DNA of 64,000 bases from a bacterium (GTDB lineage: Bacteria; Planctomycetota; Planctomycetia; Kolteriales; Kolteriaceae). The notes beneath the pieces were generated by a model. It was not told the DNA's origin and did no database searches. It saw nothing but the letters and a program-made list of their open reading frames with translations. This document shows, piece after piece, positions 63,277 through 64,000 of the stretch; the stretch's first letter is position 1; the number at the start of each line of letters is the position of its first letter. The stretch spans positions 1,565 through 65,564 of the forward strand of contig JAIEPU010000111.1 of assembly GCA_019748235.1 (NCBI GenBank), written 5' to 3'. A program made the translations under genes and the position numbers.

Positions 63277-64000
63277 ATGTTTGAACACCTGATGCTGAAT
63301 GAATGGTCCGCCTCCGTCGTGGAGGACATGATCGCCAACGGTGAAGTCCTCGGGTGTCAGATTCATGACATTGAGGGGGCACAAGTCGTTGATTGCGGCG
63401 TGAAGGCCCCCGGAAGCCTCGAGGCGGGACAGCTGCTATCGCTTGCTTGCATGGCAGATCTGGCGGATATCGACTGCGTGCTCGAACGACTCGAAGGTCA
63501 ACTCACCCCCAAAGTGAACGTCACCGTCACGGACCCAGCGGTCTCCTGTTTGCTTTCCCAGTATGCTGGTTGGAAAATCACGGCGGATGATTATTTCGCG
63601 ATGGGCTCGGGACCGATGCGGGCCCTCTATGCCAATGAACCGATCTTTGAAAAATTGGGGTACAAGGAAGAGATCGATACGGTCGCCGTCGGCATCCTCG
63701 AGGCATCGAAGCTTCCCACCCCTGCCGTGATTCGCTCGATCTGCAAAGCCATCAACGTCCATCCCGACTCGTTGATTCTTCTCGTCGCCCGCACCGCAAG
63801 CATCGCGGGAAGTTATCAGGTCGTCGCCCGTTCGGTCGAGGCGTGCCTGCACAAACTTCACGAACTCGGGTTCGATGTGATGACGATTCGTTCTGGCATC
63901 GGCTCTGCTTTTCTTCCTCCGATCCCCAAGGACGACTTGACGGCGATCGGCCGGACGAACGACAGCATTCTCTACGGCGGTGAAGTCATGCTGTGGGTCG
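63277..64000 (+). CDS. mch: Methenyltetrahydromethanopterin cyclohydrolase (3' end outside the window)
   Basis: This frame is not in the ORF track because it runs off the window. Translation: MFEHLMLNEWSASVVEDMIANGEVLGCQIHDIEGAQVVDCGVKAPGSLEAGQLL...VSCLLSQYAGWKI...MGSGPMRAL...ARTASIAGSYQVVARSVEACLHKLHELGF. It matches my memory of Mch proteins. An in-frame stop at 63244 leaves the ATG at 63277 as the first in-frame ATG after it. Confidence 0.8.
   Translation, partial: MFEHLMLNEWSASVVEDMIANGEVLGCQIHDIEGAQVVDCGVKAPGSLEAGQLLSLACMADLADIDCVLERLEGQLTPKVNVTVTDPAVSCLLSQYAGWKITADDYFAMGSGPMRALYANEPIFEKLGYKEEIDTVAVGILEASKLPTPAVIRSICKAINVHPDSLILLVARTASIAGSYQVVARSVEACLHKLHELGFDVMTIRSGIGSAFLPPIPKDDLTAIGRTNDSILYGGEVMLWV

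Noticed and set aside
63436-63861. 141-aa minus-strand ORF.
   Set aside because: It is antisense to the clear mch frame that runs off the window.
1-64000. Scan for CRISPR arrays, tRNA/rRNA genes, IS elements, integrases, prophage or toxin-antitoxin modules, and long near-identical DNA repeats.
   Set aside because: None were seen by eye. Intergenic regions are short apart from 50521-51445. Gene content is housekeeping or envelope-related. The paralogue pairs (lpxL x2, GT9 x2, YraN-like x2, GT-C x2) are too diverged to be recent duplications. A tRNAscan/Infernal run would be needed for a definitive negative.

Overview
This window looks like core chromosome with planctomycete-type gene content. 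That is an inference from a PSCyt/DUF1549/DUF1553 + DUF1501 gene pair, an H4MPT cyclohydrolase (mch), a PEP-CTERM protein and a giant surface protein with a basic LExxxSRL leader. I call about 40 protein-coding genes. I saw no rRNA, tRNA, CRISPR array, transposase or integrase. Gene order, left to right: (1) groEL (5' partial)-dnaJ-grpE; (2) an FmdB zinc-ribbon gene; (3) a YraN-like gene; (4) a CzcA/CusA-type RND pump plus adaptor; (5) yraN; (6) the ffh-rpsP-trmD-rplS operon on the minus strand; (7) a roughly 15 kb lipid A / LPS inner-core cluster; (8) a DUF1553/DUF1501 pair; (9) one 14,166-nt ORF encoding a 4,721-aa multidomain protein; (10) a 925-nt AT-richer intergenic region; (11) a PqaA-like PEP-CTERM protein; (12) a small hypothetical gene; (13) a putative barrel-plus-Ig secreted protein; (14) tsf-rpsB; (15) pepP; (16) accB-accC; (17) an FHA/coiled-coil protein; (18) mch (3' partial). 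The LPS cluster has lpxD-lpxB-msbA-lpxL | lpxL-GT-GT39 on the plus strand. These converge on a minus-strand waaF-like/waaA/methyltransferase/condensation-like operon, with a divergent waaC-like GT9 gene and a second GT-C membrane enzyme. The giant protein contains a metzincin HExxHxxGxxH site, PPC domains, two beta-helix blocks, four exact 134-aa tandem repeats, DUF4214-like repeats, a PKD domain and a C-terminal RTX block. The most noteworthy observations are (a) the giant protease/adhesin-like gene, which has a non-classical N-terminal leader and RTX repeats but no type I secretion genes nearby, and (b) a stand-alone condensation-domain-like acyltransferase plus methyltransferase embedded in the Kdo-transferase operon. 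All functional calls come from reading the translations by eye. No database search was run.
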